Below, one piece after another: positions 7,762 to 7,937 of a stretch of DNA of 7,937 nucleotides. The translations under genes were made by a program, and so were the position numbers. Source of the stretch: a virus (lineage: Duplodnaviria > Heunggongvirae > Uroviricota > Caudoviricetes); IMG/VR virus record IMGVR_UViG_3300001919_000129. One strand, 5' to 3'. The notes under the pieces were generated by a model. That model made no database searches. It was not told the origin of the DNA and saw only the letters and a program-made list of their open reading frames with translations. The stretch's first letter is position 1; every line of letters starts with the position of its first letter.

Positions 7762-7797
7762 GGGTAAAAATCCGGTGGGTAAAATTATTTTATCCAC

Positions 7798-7922
7798 TTT
7801 TTACCCGTCATGGAGTGCGGCTGTCAACGATCTGACGCGAACCATGACGAACTGCGAATCTACGGAAGGCTTGATATTCAGGGGATTTTGCGGACTGGTA
7901 CGGATGGGAGCGAACTGATAAA
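7798..7922. promoter_or_regulatory. attL arm region with candidate integrase promoter and repeat elements
   Basis: On the minus strand there is a perfect -35 TTGACA (complement of 7822-7827), then a 17-18 nt spacer and a weak -10 (GTAAAA/TAAAAA, 7798-7804). Inverted repeat CGTCATGG (7806-7813) / CCATGACG (7842-7849) flanks the -35. Repeated (G)CGAA(C/T) motifs occur at 7837, 7848 and 7855. Confidence 0.35.
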
Positions 7923-7937
7923 TGGTGTCCCCTGCAG
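7923..7937 (-). tRNA. argW: 3' end of a tRNA gene, probably tRNA-Arg (argW); truncated by the window edge
   Basis: The complement of 7923-7937 reads CTGCAGGGGACACCA, i.e. an acceptor-stem 3' strand, discriminator and CCA, matching my recollection of the argW 3' end. Only 15 nt are visible; the rest lies beyond the window. Confidence 0.45.

Larger units (their letters stand above)
1..7937. mobile_element. Integrated P22/Sf6-like prophage, virion-internal and tailspike genes through integrase to the tRNA junction (attL side)
   Basis: Gene order gp20-like, gp16-like, imm-region genes, tailspike, integrase, tRNA 3' end; tailspike N-terminus matches the P22 gp9 head-binding domain from memory; compositional mosaicism typical of phage morons. 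Confidence 0.8.

Noticed and set aside
7762-7797. GTG start at 7797 for the integrase (MDKIILPTGFLP extension)
   Set aside because: P4-type integrases conventionally begin at the MLT... motif, and the best promoter-like element would start transcription at or downstream of this GTG. Kept as an alternative, not excluded.
1-7937. CRISPR arrays, IS elements or transposases, rRNA
   Set aside because: No regularly spaced direct repeats, terminal inverted repeats with a transposase ORF, or rRNA-like sequence seen.

Overview
This window reads as the late end of a P22/Sf6-family podovirus prophage running into its tRNA integration site. From left to right it holds: the 3' part of a gp20-like ejection-protein gene, open to the left window edge; a translationally coupled gp16-like ejection-protein gene; on the opposite strand, in the slot P22 uses for sieA and immI, a lipoprotein gene and an Mnt-family ribbon-helix-helix repressor gene; a tailspike gene with a conserved P22 gp9-type head-binding N-terminus and a divergent, AT-rich receptor-binding body; a convergent P4/IntS-type tyrosine integrase gene; and 15 nt matching the 3' end of a tRNA (probably argW) at the right edge. 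There is no arc/ant pair and no O-antigen conversion gene. I see no CRISPR array, rRNA or IS element. The best candidate for something new is the lipoprotein plus orphan Mnt cassette, which I read as a possible superinfection-exclusion or lysogenic-conversion module. All homology statements rest on recalled reference sequences and synteny, not on searches.
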